Assembly (NCBI GenBank): GCA_025963725.1
Contig: JAOQAE010000002.1
Span: 1,356,411 to 1,420,410 of the forward strand
Source: Bacteroidota bacterium
GTDB lineage: Bacteria; Bacteroidota; Bacteroidia; 2-12-FULL-35-15
Direction: 5' to 3'
DNA length: 64,000 nucleotides
The notes under the pieces are model-generated. The model ran no database searches. It was not told the origin of the DNA and worked only from the letters and a program-made list of their open reading frames with translations. A program made the position numbers and the translations under genes. Below are positions 48,006 through 56,707 of the stretch, one piece after another. Numbering within the stretch: position 1 is the first letter of the stretch; each line of letters opens with the position of its first letter.

Positions 48006-50624
48006 ATGAGCATAGGAAAAGTACATAGCATAAAAAAGATGATCGCGCAGCTGTTGCTGTTAGCTGCTCCTACGGCCATCCTGTTCTTTTATCTCTTATG
48101 GGATGTTAACCGCTTTTACGACATCCTCGAGAACAACTGGATCAGACAGGGAATTTATTTTACATCAGGGATCGTCGCCGCGATCATATTCTATGCGTTC
48201 CGCTTCCGATTCTTCACAACGGCTGCCATCGTTTTCCTGTTTTGCTATTCCTGCTATAAGCTATTGGGCAGCGTTTCGTTCGGGGAGTTCGATGCGTTTT
48301 ATTTTTCCATCCAGTTCCTCATTTTCACTTTCCTCTTCTCCGTAGGATGGCTTGCCGGCTTCGGCTTCAGCAGGTCGCGGTACTTTACGGTTGCATGGAG
48401 CGTGCTGCTGCTGGTGGCGCAGATCGTGGTGGTGAGCAAAACAACCGACATCAAGGTGAATGTGCTCATCAATGCTTTTGTGCCCATTCTTGCTTACGCT
48501 TTTTACATCATCTATACAGCAGAGCTGATCCGTAACATGAACGATGATGAGCCGAAATTCAGCTGGTTCATCCTGAAGCGCCTTTCCGGATTTGCCGTGG
48601 TGGCAATGCTGCTCTTTCTCCTCGTCTTCACTTTCTTTAAGAACGATTTCATGGCTGTAGAGCGTGAATGGGGCGGTTCCCAGCCGCAATCTGAGAAAGG
48701 AAAGGACAAGAGCGAGAACATGAATAAGAAGGACGGCAAAGGCAATGTGAGCAACAAGGACCAGACAAAGCTTACCGGCTCCTTGAGCAAGGACAAGCAG
48801 CTCGTGTTTGTTGCCAAGCTCGATAACTATTTCGATGATAACATAACGCCAAATCCTCTTTACTTCACCGCTTTCTATTACGGAAAGTTTGATACGCTTA
48901 CGCAGACCTTTGAACAGGATAGCCTCATGCCTTACAACGACCTGTTCAGTCCGGACCCATCGAAGATCCCTCTGTATTTTTCGAAATCCGACTCTTCCGT
49001 CCTTAAGAACAGCTTCGCTACAAAGAACCGTAAAGTGGTGACTGCCGACATTTACAAAGTGGTGCTTTCGCCGGACGTGTACCTTGCGCCTTCAACGGCT
49101 TTCTTCTGCCAGCCGATGTCGGTGCCGAAAGAATTCAAGGACCAGTACAAAAGCTCCTACCGCGCCAAAATGTGGGTAAGCGACCTGAACAGCGCCTACT
49201 TCATCTACAACCCGGCTGGTAACAAACAGCTCGCCGCTTTCCAGGAGCTCCGCTTCAACAAATTAAGAGAGATCAAAAAGGTAACTGGCCCCGATAAAAA
49301 ATTCATGGATTATTACACCTTCATGCCGAAGGATGAAGAATACAAAAAGATCGGCGAGCTGGCAAAAGAGGTTACAGCGAATGCTTCAACGCAGATCGAC
49401 AAGATGATCGCGATCCGCGATTATTTTTTAAGCAAAGATGAATTCGGCCAGCCGCTTTTCAAATACTCCGATAATCCCGGCATCCCCGGGCTGCCAAGCG
49501 CCAACAAGCTTACGTATTTCCTTCTGGAGAACAGGAAAGGCTACTGCGCGTATTTCGCGGGGGCAACATTATTCATGCTGCGTTCGCTCGGCATTCCTTC
49601 ACGCGTTGCGGCAGGTTATCTCACAGTCGACCGCAGCAGCAAAAACCCCGGCTGGTACTGGTACTATGCCGACCAGGCACATGCATGGGTGCAGGTGTAT
49701 TTCCCTGAATACGGCTGGATCGATTTTGATACTACAGTGCCTGATGTAAATACACAGCAATCGCCGCAGCCGGATGGCACGCCCCCGATGAACATCCCGC
49801 AGACGTACATGGTCGCTGATGGGGAGATAAAATCGGTGGATGTAAAAGCAAAGAAGATCAGCATGACGATCACCAAGCTGCTCTACCATGATAAGGATTA
49901 TGAAACAAAGATCGCCAAAGAGCTGAGCATCGATGTATCGATCGCAACCATATCGGCTGATACAGGCGCCGTGCAGCTTTCTGCGCTCACACCGGGATTG
50001 CACATTACAGCCGTTTCCTATTCCGAAGCACTGAAAAATATTCTTGCTGAACAAGATGACAGCCTGGCTTCCATCCTGGAAAAACTCCCGGTACCAACTC
50101 CGGTGGACGAAGTGAAGCTGCTTTTAAAAGATGAACTGAAGGAGCAGCAAAAGAAAAAAGAGGACCAGGCAAAAGCGCCTGTCGACTGGGCAAAAACAAT
50201 CCTCTATTTGCTAACCGCCCTCGCCGGCCTGCTTGTATTGTTGTTCCTGAGCCCGTGGTTCATCTGGATCTTCCTCAATGCAAAAGCGAAAGGCAAAGGC
50301 AATTCCAAAGCCTACAACAGCTACAGGGCATCGCTTTATTACCTGAACCAGCTTGGCTTTGAGCGGCAGAACATGGGCCCGCAGGAATATGCATACAGCA
50401 TCGACAACCGTTTCGGAAGCTCATTCAATACGTTCAACACTGCGTACCAGAAAGCGAAATACAGCTCTGTGCCGCTTACTGCGGCGGAAAAAGAAGTGCT
50501 GAACAATTCCTACAACAGCTTCATTAAAAAAGTAAGATCGCAGGTGCCGCTGAAAACACGCATCAGCAGGTTCCTTAATATTTACAACACAATTCATTTT
50601 TTCACGCAACCTAAAATAAAGTAA
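48006..50624 (+). CDS. Membrane transglutaminase-like (TgpA-type) protein
   Basis: N-terminal TM helices; catalytic triad GYCAYFA...HAWVQVY...WIDFD; C-terminal DUF4129-like region. Confidence 0.88.
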   Translation: MSIGKVHSIKKMIAQLLLLAAPTAILFFYLLWDVNRFYDILENNWIRQGIYFTSGIVAAIIFYAFRFRFFTTAAIVFLFCYSCYKLLGSVSFGEFDAFYFSIQFLIFTFLFSVGWLAGFGFSRSRYFTVAWSVLLLVAQIVVVSKTTDIKVNVLINAFVPILAYAFYIIYTAELIRNMNDDEPKFSWFILKRLSGFAVVAMLLFLLVFTFFKNDFMAVEREWGGSQPQSEKGKDKSENMNKKDGKGNVSNKDQTKLTGSLSKDKQLVFVAKLDNYFDDNITPNPLYFTAFYYGKFDTLTQTFEQDSLMPYNDLFSPDPSKIPLYFSKSDSSVLKNSFATKNRKVVTADIYKVVLSPDVYLAPSTAFFCQPMSVPKEFKDQYKSSYRAKMWVSDLNSAYFIYNPAGNKQLAAFQELRFNKLREIKKVTGPDKKFMDYYTFMPKDEEYKKIGELAKEVTANASTQIDKMIAIRDYFLSKDEFGQPLFKYSDNPGIPGLPSANKLTYFLLENRKGYCAYFAGATLFMLRSLGIPSRVAAGYLTVDRSSKNPGWYWYYADQAHAWVQVYFPEYGWIDFDTTVPDVNTQQSPQPDGTPPMNIPQTYMVADGEIKSVDVKAKKISMTITKLLYHDKDYETKIAKELSIDVSIATISADTGAVQLSALTPGLHITAVSYSEALKNILAEQDDSLASILEKLPVPTPVDEVKLLLKDELKEQQKKKEDQAKAPVDWAKTILYLLTALAGLLVLLFLSPWFIWIFLNAKAKGKGNSKAYNSYRASLYYLNQLGFERQNMGPQEYAYSIDNRFGSSFNTFNTAYQKAKYSSVPLTAAEKEVLNNSYNSFIKKVRSQVPLKTRISRFLNIYNTIHFFTQPKIK

Positions 50625-50625
50625 A

Positions 50626-51645
50626 ATGGAAGAGAACATTCAAATAGAGCAAGCCCTCGCCAATATCGGGAAGCTGGTTGACAACATCGAAACGGTGATC
50701 CGCGGCAAGCGCCAGCAGATTCAGTTCGTGCTCACCGCCCTTCTTGCAAAAGGGCATATCCTCATGGAAGATAATCCCGGCACAGGAAAAACGGTGATGG
50801 CAAAAACGCTGGCGAAAAGCATCTCGGGTGCGGAAGGCTCTTCGGGCGCCAATTTCAAGCGCATCCAGTTCACTCCCGACCTTCTCCCGATGGACCTGAT
50901 CGGCTCGCACATTTTCGACGATGTGAAAAAAGAGTTCGTGTTCAAGAAAGGGCCGTTATTCTGCAATGTGCTGCTGGCGGATGAGATCAACCGCGCCTCG
51001 CCGAAAGTGCAGTCGGCGCTGCTCGAGTGCATGGCAGAGCACCAGATCACCATGGGTGAAACCACCTACCCGCTCGAAAAATTATTCTTCACCATCGCCA
51101 CGCAAAACCCCGTGGAGATGGAAGGAACTTACCCGCTGCCGGCAGCGCAGCTCGACCGATTCTTCATCAAGATCTACTTCGGCTATGTTGACGAAGCCAC
51201 AGAGCTCAATATCTACAAGGATTACCTCGGCATCCAGAACAACCAGGACAACCTTCAGCAGGTGCTGAGTATGAAGGAGATCTTATTCCTGCAGGAAGAA
51301 ACTGAAAAGGTATTTATCCACGAAGAGCTGATCAACGCCGTGAAAAATATTGTGCGTGATACAAGAAGCCACCCCGATATTGTACTCGGCGCTTCCATCC
51401 GCAGCGGGATCACCTTTTTAAAATGCCTCAAAGCATTTGCTCTGGTGAACGGAAGAACCTTTGTAACAGAGGACGACATCCGCGGGATCACCTTTGCCGT
51501 GCTGGATCACAGGCTGATCTACCGCAACAGGGACGCCCGCCAGAAAGCGCTGCCGCTGATCATCGGCAGGGAGCTCGACCGTTTAAGCAAGTTGAACATC
51601 ACCACTAACAGAACAGCCTTTGCAGCCCCTGTACAAAATATCTAA
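50626..51645 (+). CDS. MoxR family AAA+ ATPase
   Basis: DNPGTGKT, RIQFTPDLLP, LLADEINRASPKVQSALLE and ATQNP.E.EGTYPLP.AQLDRF motifs. Confidence 0.95.
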   Translation: MEENIQIEQALANIGKLVDNIETVIRGKRQQIQFVLTALLAKGHILMEDNPGTGKTVMAKTLAKSISGAEGSSGANFKRIQFTPDLLPMDLIGSHIFDDVKKEFVFKKGPLFCNVLLADEINRASPKVQSALLECMAEHQITMGETTYPLEKLFFTIATQNPVEMEGTYPLPAAQLDRFFIKIYFGYVDEATELNIYKDYLGIQNNQDNLQQVLSMKEILFLQEETEKVFIHEELINAVKNIVRDTRSHPDIVLGASIRSGITFLKCLKAFALVNGRTFVTEDDIRGITFAVLDHRLIYRNRDARQKALPLIIGRELDRLSKLNITTNRTAFAAPVQNI

Positions 51646-53677
51646 AACCCGGTTTCTCTTGCCCGCGCTGCTGTGCATGAGCCTGTTCCTCCACAAAAGT
51701 GCGGGAGCGCAGGGCAATGCATCGGCGCGCTATGAGATCGATGCAAAGCGCATCGGCGTATCTCCTACCGATAAGGACGCGCTGCCGCGGAGCCGCGAGT
51801 TCCTCCGCCTCGACAGCACCTATTATGTTGGCTGGATGTACGAAGGGCTTTATAAATTTGAACGCAGCGCCGATTATTTAGGATATAAGTATGCAGCAGT
51901 GCCTTTGCAGAAAGCATTCGACCTGCTCGACAAAGATTACGGCAACCGGCTGAGGAATATCTACTCCTCCTTCATGTATTACGAGCAGAACAGGAACCGC
52001 ATGAGCGACCTGTTCGAGATCGCCTATGCGCTGCAGAACTGCTACAACAGCATCGAGATGCCTGATTCCACGATGGCGCTCCTCGACAGGATAGAAAGCT
52101 ACCGTTTTCAAAAAGACTATTTCGGCGTTTACAACGAGCGCGCATGGATCTACCACCGTAACCGCTTTTTCACTTCCGAAAAATTCAGCTTCCTGAAAAA
52201 TTCCGTGGAAGAGAATGAAGACATGGCCTTCCGCTGCTGCTACCACCAGCTCGACCTGATCCAGCAGAACAGGAGCATCAACGATTACTGGTACGGGCCG
52301 CAGCAAAGCGAAGATGATATTTTAAGCGTGGAGCATAACCTCGCGCTGCTGCATTGCTACAATAAAAATTACGACAGCGCCGAATATCATTACCAGCACC
52401 TCATCGCCGGCAACCGCGTGGTATGGGGAAATTATGCGAACATGCAGCATGAGATGGGGAACATCGACAGCGCGATCACCTACTACTCCATGCCGCAAGG
52501 TGTAAGAGAACACGCGCTGAGCGAGCCCGATTATTATCTGCCGGAGATCTTTGTGTACGGCGGGCGCACAAAAGAGGCGATCACGATGGTGCGTGAAAAG
52601 ATCGAATCGAGCGGCTCCACTCCCGGTTTCGGATGGTACAACATTGCGCTGGCACGCAGCTACCTGTACGACGGACAGCTCGACAGCGCGGGCTTCTTCC
52701 TCGATAAAGCGCAAAACTTCAAAGAGCTTCACCTGCATACTACGCTAACACAATCACAGTATGAATTCACCATCAACCTGCTGAGGGTGCAGCTGCTCGA
52801 TAAAAAAATGGATGAAGTGAAGTTCCTCAACAAAGGATGGTGGTATTCGCCGGGCAGCCTGTACGACCTGCTTTCGCTGAAGGTTCAGAAGATGATGATG
52901 GAGTATGTAGTTGTGAACGAGCTTGCCGCGAATCCCGAGCGGCAGCGGATCATCTACGACCTGTTCTGCGGCGAATCAACCGTAAGCTACGATGAGATCA
53001 TGTACCTGCTGAAGGACTTTAATTCCCCCTACTTCCGCAAGCGCTGCGATTACAGCAAGGGCAACGACAAGCGGATGCGGATCCGGAAATACTTCAAGCT
53101 GTTCTCCGCAAAATTAAAGCTGGAAGACGGTGATGACGAAGATGCAAACATGGAAGCGGATTCACTGCTACAGGAAGTATACGCACAGGAAGGCATCCAG
53201 CTCGATACGGCCAATGAAAAGCTTTTCCTCGCAAGGGCCTATGAAATCCTCTCCAATACAAGCGATGATGAGGACAAGCAGGCGGAGCACGACCGTTACC
53301 AGAACAGCTTCCTTGAAGAATACCCACAGCTGGTTCCCTTTTCGAACCTGCGGATGAAAATGAAATTAACAGTCGCAGGAAATGATGATGCCATCACCGC
53401 ACAGGTAATAGAAGATCTTAAAGACTGCAACATTGAATGGCTGGAAGAAGGCGACAACGTTGCAGAAGCCAGCATCAGCTTTGTAAAGAAAGGAAAGAAC
53501 TACCAGGTGCTTTTCAACGTGGTGAGCGCCAGCGGAAAAGCGATCGTTTCCGGCGGCGAGATGATCTTTAAGGATGCGGAGAAAACCGGGAAGGAGCTGG
53601 CATTGCGGCTGTTTGCAAAGGGCGGAGGATTGGAATTTGAAGCGGTGAAGGAAGAAGCGGCGGAGCAGTTACCATAA
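51620..53677 (+). CDS. Exported TPR-like helical protein
   Basis: Hydrophobic leader; TPR-like helices (NLALLH..NYDSAEYHY, NIALARSYL..LDSA); start uncertain. Confidence 0.6.
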   Translation: MQPLYKISKTRFLLPALLCMSLFLHKSAGAQGNASARYEIDAKRIGVSPTDKDALPRSREFLRLDSTYYVGWMYEGLYKFERSADYLGYKYAAVPLQKAFDLLDKDYGNRLRNIYSSFMYYEQNRNRMSDLFEIAYALQNCYNSIEMPDSTMALLDRIESYRFQKDYFGVYNERAWIYHRNRFFTSEKFSFLKNSVEENEDMAFRCCYHQLDLIQQNRSINDYWYGPQQSEDDILSVEHNLALLHCYNKNYDSAEYHYQHLIAGNRVVWGNYANMQHEMGNIDSAITYYSMPQGVREHALSEPDYYLPEIFVYGGRTKEAITMVREKIESSGSTPGFGWYNIALARSYLYDGQLDSAGFFLDKAQNFKELHLHTTLTQSQYEFTINLLRVQLLDKKMDEVKFLNKGWWYSPGSLYDLLSLKVQKMMMEYVVVNELAANPERQRIIYDLFCGESTVSYDEIMYLLKDFNSPYFRKRCDYSKGNDKRMRIRKYFKLFSAKLKLEDGDDEDANMEADSLLQEVYAQEGIQLDTANEKLFLARAYEILSNTSDDEDKQAEHDRYQNSFLEEYPQLVPFSNLRMKMKLTVAGNDDAITAQVIEDLKDCNIEWLEEGDNVAEASISFVKKGKNYQVLFNVVSASGKAIVSGGEMIFKDAEKTGKELALRLFAKGGGLEFEAVKEEAAEQLP

Positions 53678-53843
53678 TACAGATAATAGATATTTACGAA
53701 TAATCTGTGTGAATAGCCAGCTTAGGATAAGCTATTGACTATTTATTAAATAATTAATAGATTTGTTAACTACCATACAACAGGCTCATTGTTAATATAG
53801 TGAATTAGAAACCACTAGAGAAATTAATTACAAACAACGAAAT

Positions 53844-55301
53844 ATGACTATAAAAAATCTTGAAGATGTATTTGTTACGGAAGGTGTTCCCCTTTATACC
53901 TTCGTAAAACCACCAAACTATAATGATATACTTTTAGACATTCGTAAAATTGGTAAGCCGGTTATTATTGAAGGGCAATCTGGGACTGGAAAAACAACCA
54001 CAGTGAAAAAAGTTCTTGAACAACTTGCTGAGAGGATTCAAATCAACTATTTGTCAGCAAGAAAAGCGATTGACGTAGAACAAATAGTGAAAATTGCTTC
54101 CACATCAATGTCCGGTTTTTTTGTCATCGACGATTTTCATAGGTTATCAAGCGAATTGCAGGAAAACCTCGCCAACATTGCTAAAGTTGCCGCGGAAGAA
54201 GGAAATGAAACACAACTTCCTAAGCTTATTTTTATTGGAATTAATCAAATTGGGTCGGAACTGATTCAATTAGTTCCTGACATTGCTAAACGATTTGGTA
54301 TACATAGAATTGATGCTGGAAGAAGCGATGATATTAAAAAGCTTATTGACAGCGGCTGCGCCGAATTAAATATTTCAATTACCAATCTAGAAGAAATTTA
54401 TTCTGAGTCCAAAGGTGATTATTGGCTAACTCAAATACTATGTCAGTCAATTTGTGGTTTGAATGACGTCACTGAAACCCAACAAAAAAAACGGCAAATA
54501 CATTATGATATTGACAAAACGCGCGCAAAAGTTGTTGGTAAGCTAGAAGCTTCTTATCACATTCCAGTGAAGGACTTTTGCCGGGGAAAGCGATTTCGAA
54601 AATCAAATGATCCGTATTTTAAGCTTCTTCGAGTTATCGGACAACAAGATTCGTCCATAGTTGACCTCAACAAACTTGCCAATCAGCATGAGGATGTCAA
54701 AGGTTCGATTAATAACATTAAGGAGCGACGTCTTGACATTTTGTTGGAGACTAAAGAATCATTAGTTAGATACTTTTATTATAACAGTGATACAAAAAAT
54801 TTCGCCATCGAAGATCCCGCACTATTTTATTACATAAAGCACTTAAATTGGGAGAAATTAAGAGATGATTGTGGCTTCAATGATGGAGAACGAAATTACG
54901 AATTTGAGATTGCTATCTCCTTCGCTGGGGAAAACCGTGAACTTGCAAGAAAATTCACTGAAAAACTAGAGATTTTTGATGTAAGCGTGTTTTTTGATGA
55001 ATTATACGAATCTAATCTATTAGGAAAGGCTTTAACGAAGCAATTTACTAGAATATTTAATGAAGGAAGCAAGTTTGTATTATGCCTGTTAGACCATCAT
55101 CATCATGAAAAAATATGGCCAACATTCGAGAGAGAAACTTTCCGCGTACGCGTTCAAGAAGAAGCTATCATACCTACTTATCTTGACAATACTAAGTTTC
55201 TTGGAATTCCAGAAGATTTGTATGGTTTTGATATGAAAAATGGATATTCTGAAGATGATATAGATAACGCGGTTATTAAATTGGTAGAAAGAATTAGTTG
55301 A
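53844..55301 (+). CDS. P-loop NTPase with C-terminal TIR domain
   Basis: Walker A EGQSGTGKTT; Walker B FFVIDDFH; TIR FEIAISFAGENR...VSVFFDE...KIWPTFERE; visibly AT-rich. Confidence 0.85.
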   Translation: MTIKNLEDVFVTEGVPLYTFVKPPNYNDILLDIRKIGKPVIIEGQSGTGKTTTVKKVLEQLAERIQINYLSARKAIDVEQIVKIASTSMSGFFVIDDFHRLSSELQENLANIAKVAAEEGNETQLPKLIFIGINQIGSELIQLVPDIAKRFGIHRIDAGRSDDIKKLIDSGCAELNISITNLEEIYSESKGDYWLTQILCQSICGLNDVTETQQKKRQIHYDIDKTRAKVVGKLEASYHIPVKDFCRGKRFRKSNDPYFKLLRVIGQQDSSIVDLNKLANQHEDVKGSINNIKERRLDILLETKESLVRYFYYNSDTKNFAIEDPALFYYIKHLNWEKLRDDCGFNDGERNYEFEIAISFAGENRELARKFTEKLEIFDVSVFFDELYESNLLGKALTKQFTRIFNEGSKFVLCLLDHHHHEKIWPTFERETFRVRVQEEAIIPTYLDNTKFLGIPEDLYGFDMKNGYSEDDIDNAVIKLVERIS

Positions 55302-55503
55302 AAGTTTTCAGCGGTGTGACACCAGCTAGTCCTTTTTCAATCATTTATTTCTTCCACTTCCCCAGAGATGTGATTGATGTGCAGAACACCAAGCAAGGAA
55401 CTATTATTCGGTTCCAAAACCTCTCCAATCGTAGCTGTATTTCTCTCTTTTCCCCCACCGGATAAATTCCGTATTTTTAGATACTCATTCCAACACCGCG
55501 TTT

Positions 55504-56706
55504 ATGCTCAAACCATTCGAATTTCAGTTCCGGTTAAGGGATCATTTCAAAAAGCAGGAAAAAACCTGGAAATGGTTCTCGGAAGTAAAAGTTAAGAACG
55601 AACAAAGCGAGGAGTTCAAAGCCGAGCTTTTACAAAACACCTATCGCCTCGACCCTATCTCCGAAGCCGGCATTTATACATTGCTGGAGGAAGCCAAAAC
55701 AAAGCTGGGCATCATCATCCCGGTCACCATCTATCAGTCGCAATCTTCACAGGCAAGCAACGCGGGGATCATCTTCATCGGGAACGAAGCGCACCTTGTG
55801 CTTTCAGGCCCTGTCATAAAATTACTCGAAGAAAAGGAATTGCTGGCGCTGATCGCGCACGAGCTCTCGCATGTGCTGCTGTATACAATTGATAATGGCG
55901 ATTTTGAGGTGACCAGCAGGATCATCACAGCGATCGGCAACGATCACCGCAGCGAAGAAGCATTCATGGAAACGTCAAGGCTGTTCAGTCTTTTCACTGA
56001 ATTATACTGCGACATCGGGGCTTACCAGGTTTGCGGAAGCATGGATACGGTGATCTCGACGCTTGTGAAAATTGAAACAGGCCTTGATAAGATCTCCGCG
56101 GAAAATTACCTGAAACAGGCGGATGAGATCCTGGAAAAAATTGAAAAAGGCTCGCTTGGCGACTCGCATCCCGAATCATTTATCCGCGCAAAATGCATTG
56201 CCCTCTACGCTGAAAAAGGCGCGGAATCAGTAAAAGAAGTAAGCGCCCTTATTCTTGGGAAACAAGGTATTTTCAGCCTGAATATTTTTTCAAGGGATGA
56301 GATCTATGAAACAACACGCGAGCTGATCCACCTTATCATGAAGCCTAAATGGATGCAGAGCGAGCACAACAAAGCGCATTACAGGCAGTATTTCAGGGAC
56401 TTCAAAACCGACAGCAATGCCATGCTCACACCTGAGCTGAAAGCCAAGCTGGTCAGCGGCAATAATTCGCTGAAAGATTATTACGCGTATGTTATGCTTG
56501 ATTTTGCGCTGAGCGATACAGAGATCAGTGAACCCGCTTCCGGCCTTGTGCTCGACCTTGCAGAGCAGATGGAGCTACAGGAGCCGCTTGCAAAGGTCTT
56601 CAAAAAGGAGCTAAACCTGAGCGATAAGAAATTCAACGAGTACTCAAGAAATGCAGCAACAGCCTTAAATAATATCCTGGAATCGGAGCAGGAAAAATCA
56701 TATTGA
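55504..56706 (+). CDS. Soluble M48-like zinc metalloprotease
   Basis: NAG...LVLSGPVI..L...ELLALIAHELSH, ELYCD and SHPESFIR motifs; no TM segment or signal peptide seen. Confidence 0.85.
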   Translation: MLKPFEFQFRLRDHFKKQEKTWKWFSEVKVKNEQSEEFKAELLQNTYRLDPISEAGIYTLLEEAKTKLGIIIPVTIYQSQSSQASNAGIIFIGNEAHLVLSGPVIKLLEEKELLALIAHELSHVLLYTIDNGDFEVTSRIITAIGNDHRSEEAFMETSRLFSLFTELYCDIGAYQVCGSMDTVISTLVKIETGLDKISAENYLKQADEILEKIEKGSLGDSHPESFIRAKCIALYAEKGAESVKEVSALILGKQGIFSLNIFSRDEIYETTRELIHLIMKPKWMQSEHNKAHYRQYFRDFKTDSNAMLTPELKAKLVSGNNSLKDYYAYVMLDFALSDTEISEPASGLVLDLAEQMELQEPLAKVFKKELNLSDKKFNEYSRNAATALNNILESEQEKSY

Positions 56707-56707
56707 T

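Noticed and set aside
53678-55503. IS, integrase or att sites flanking the AT-rich TIR gene (and the DUF4062 gene)
   Set aside because: No transposase, integrase or convincing flanking direct or inverted repeats were found by eye.
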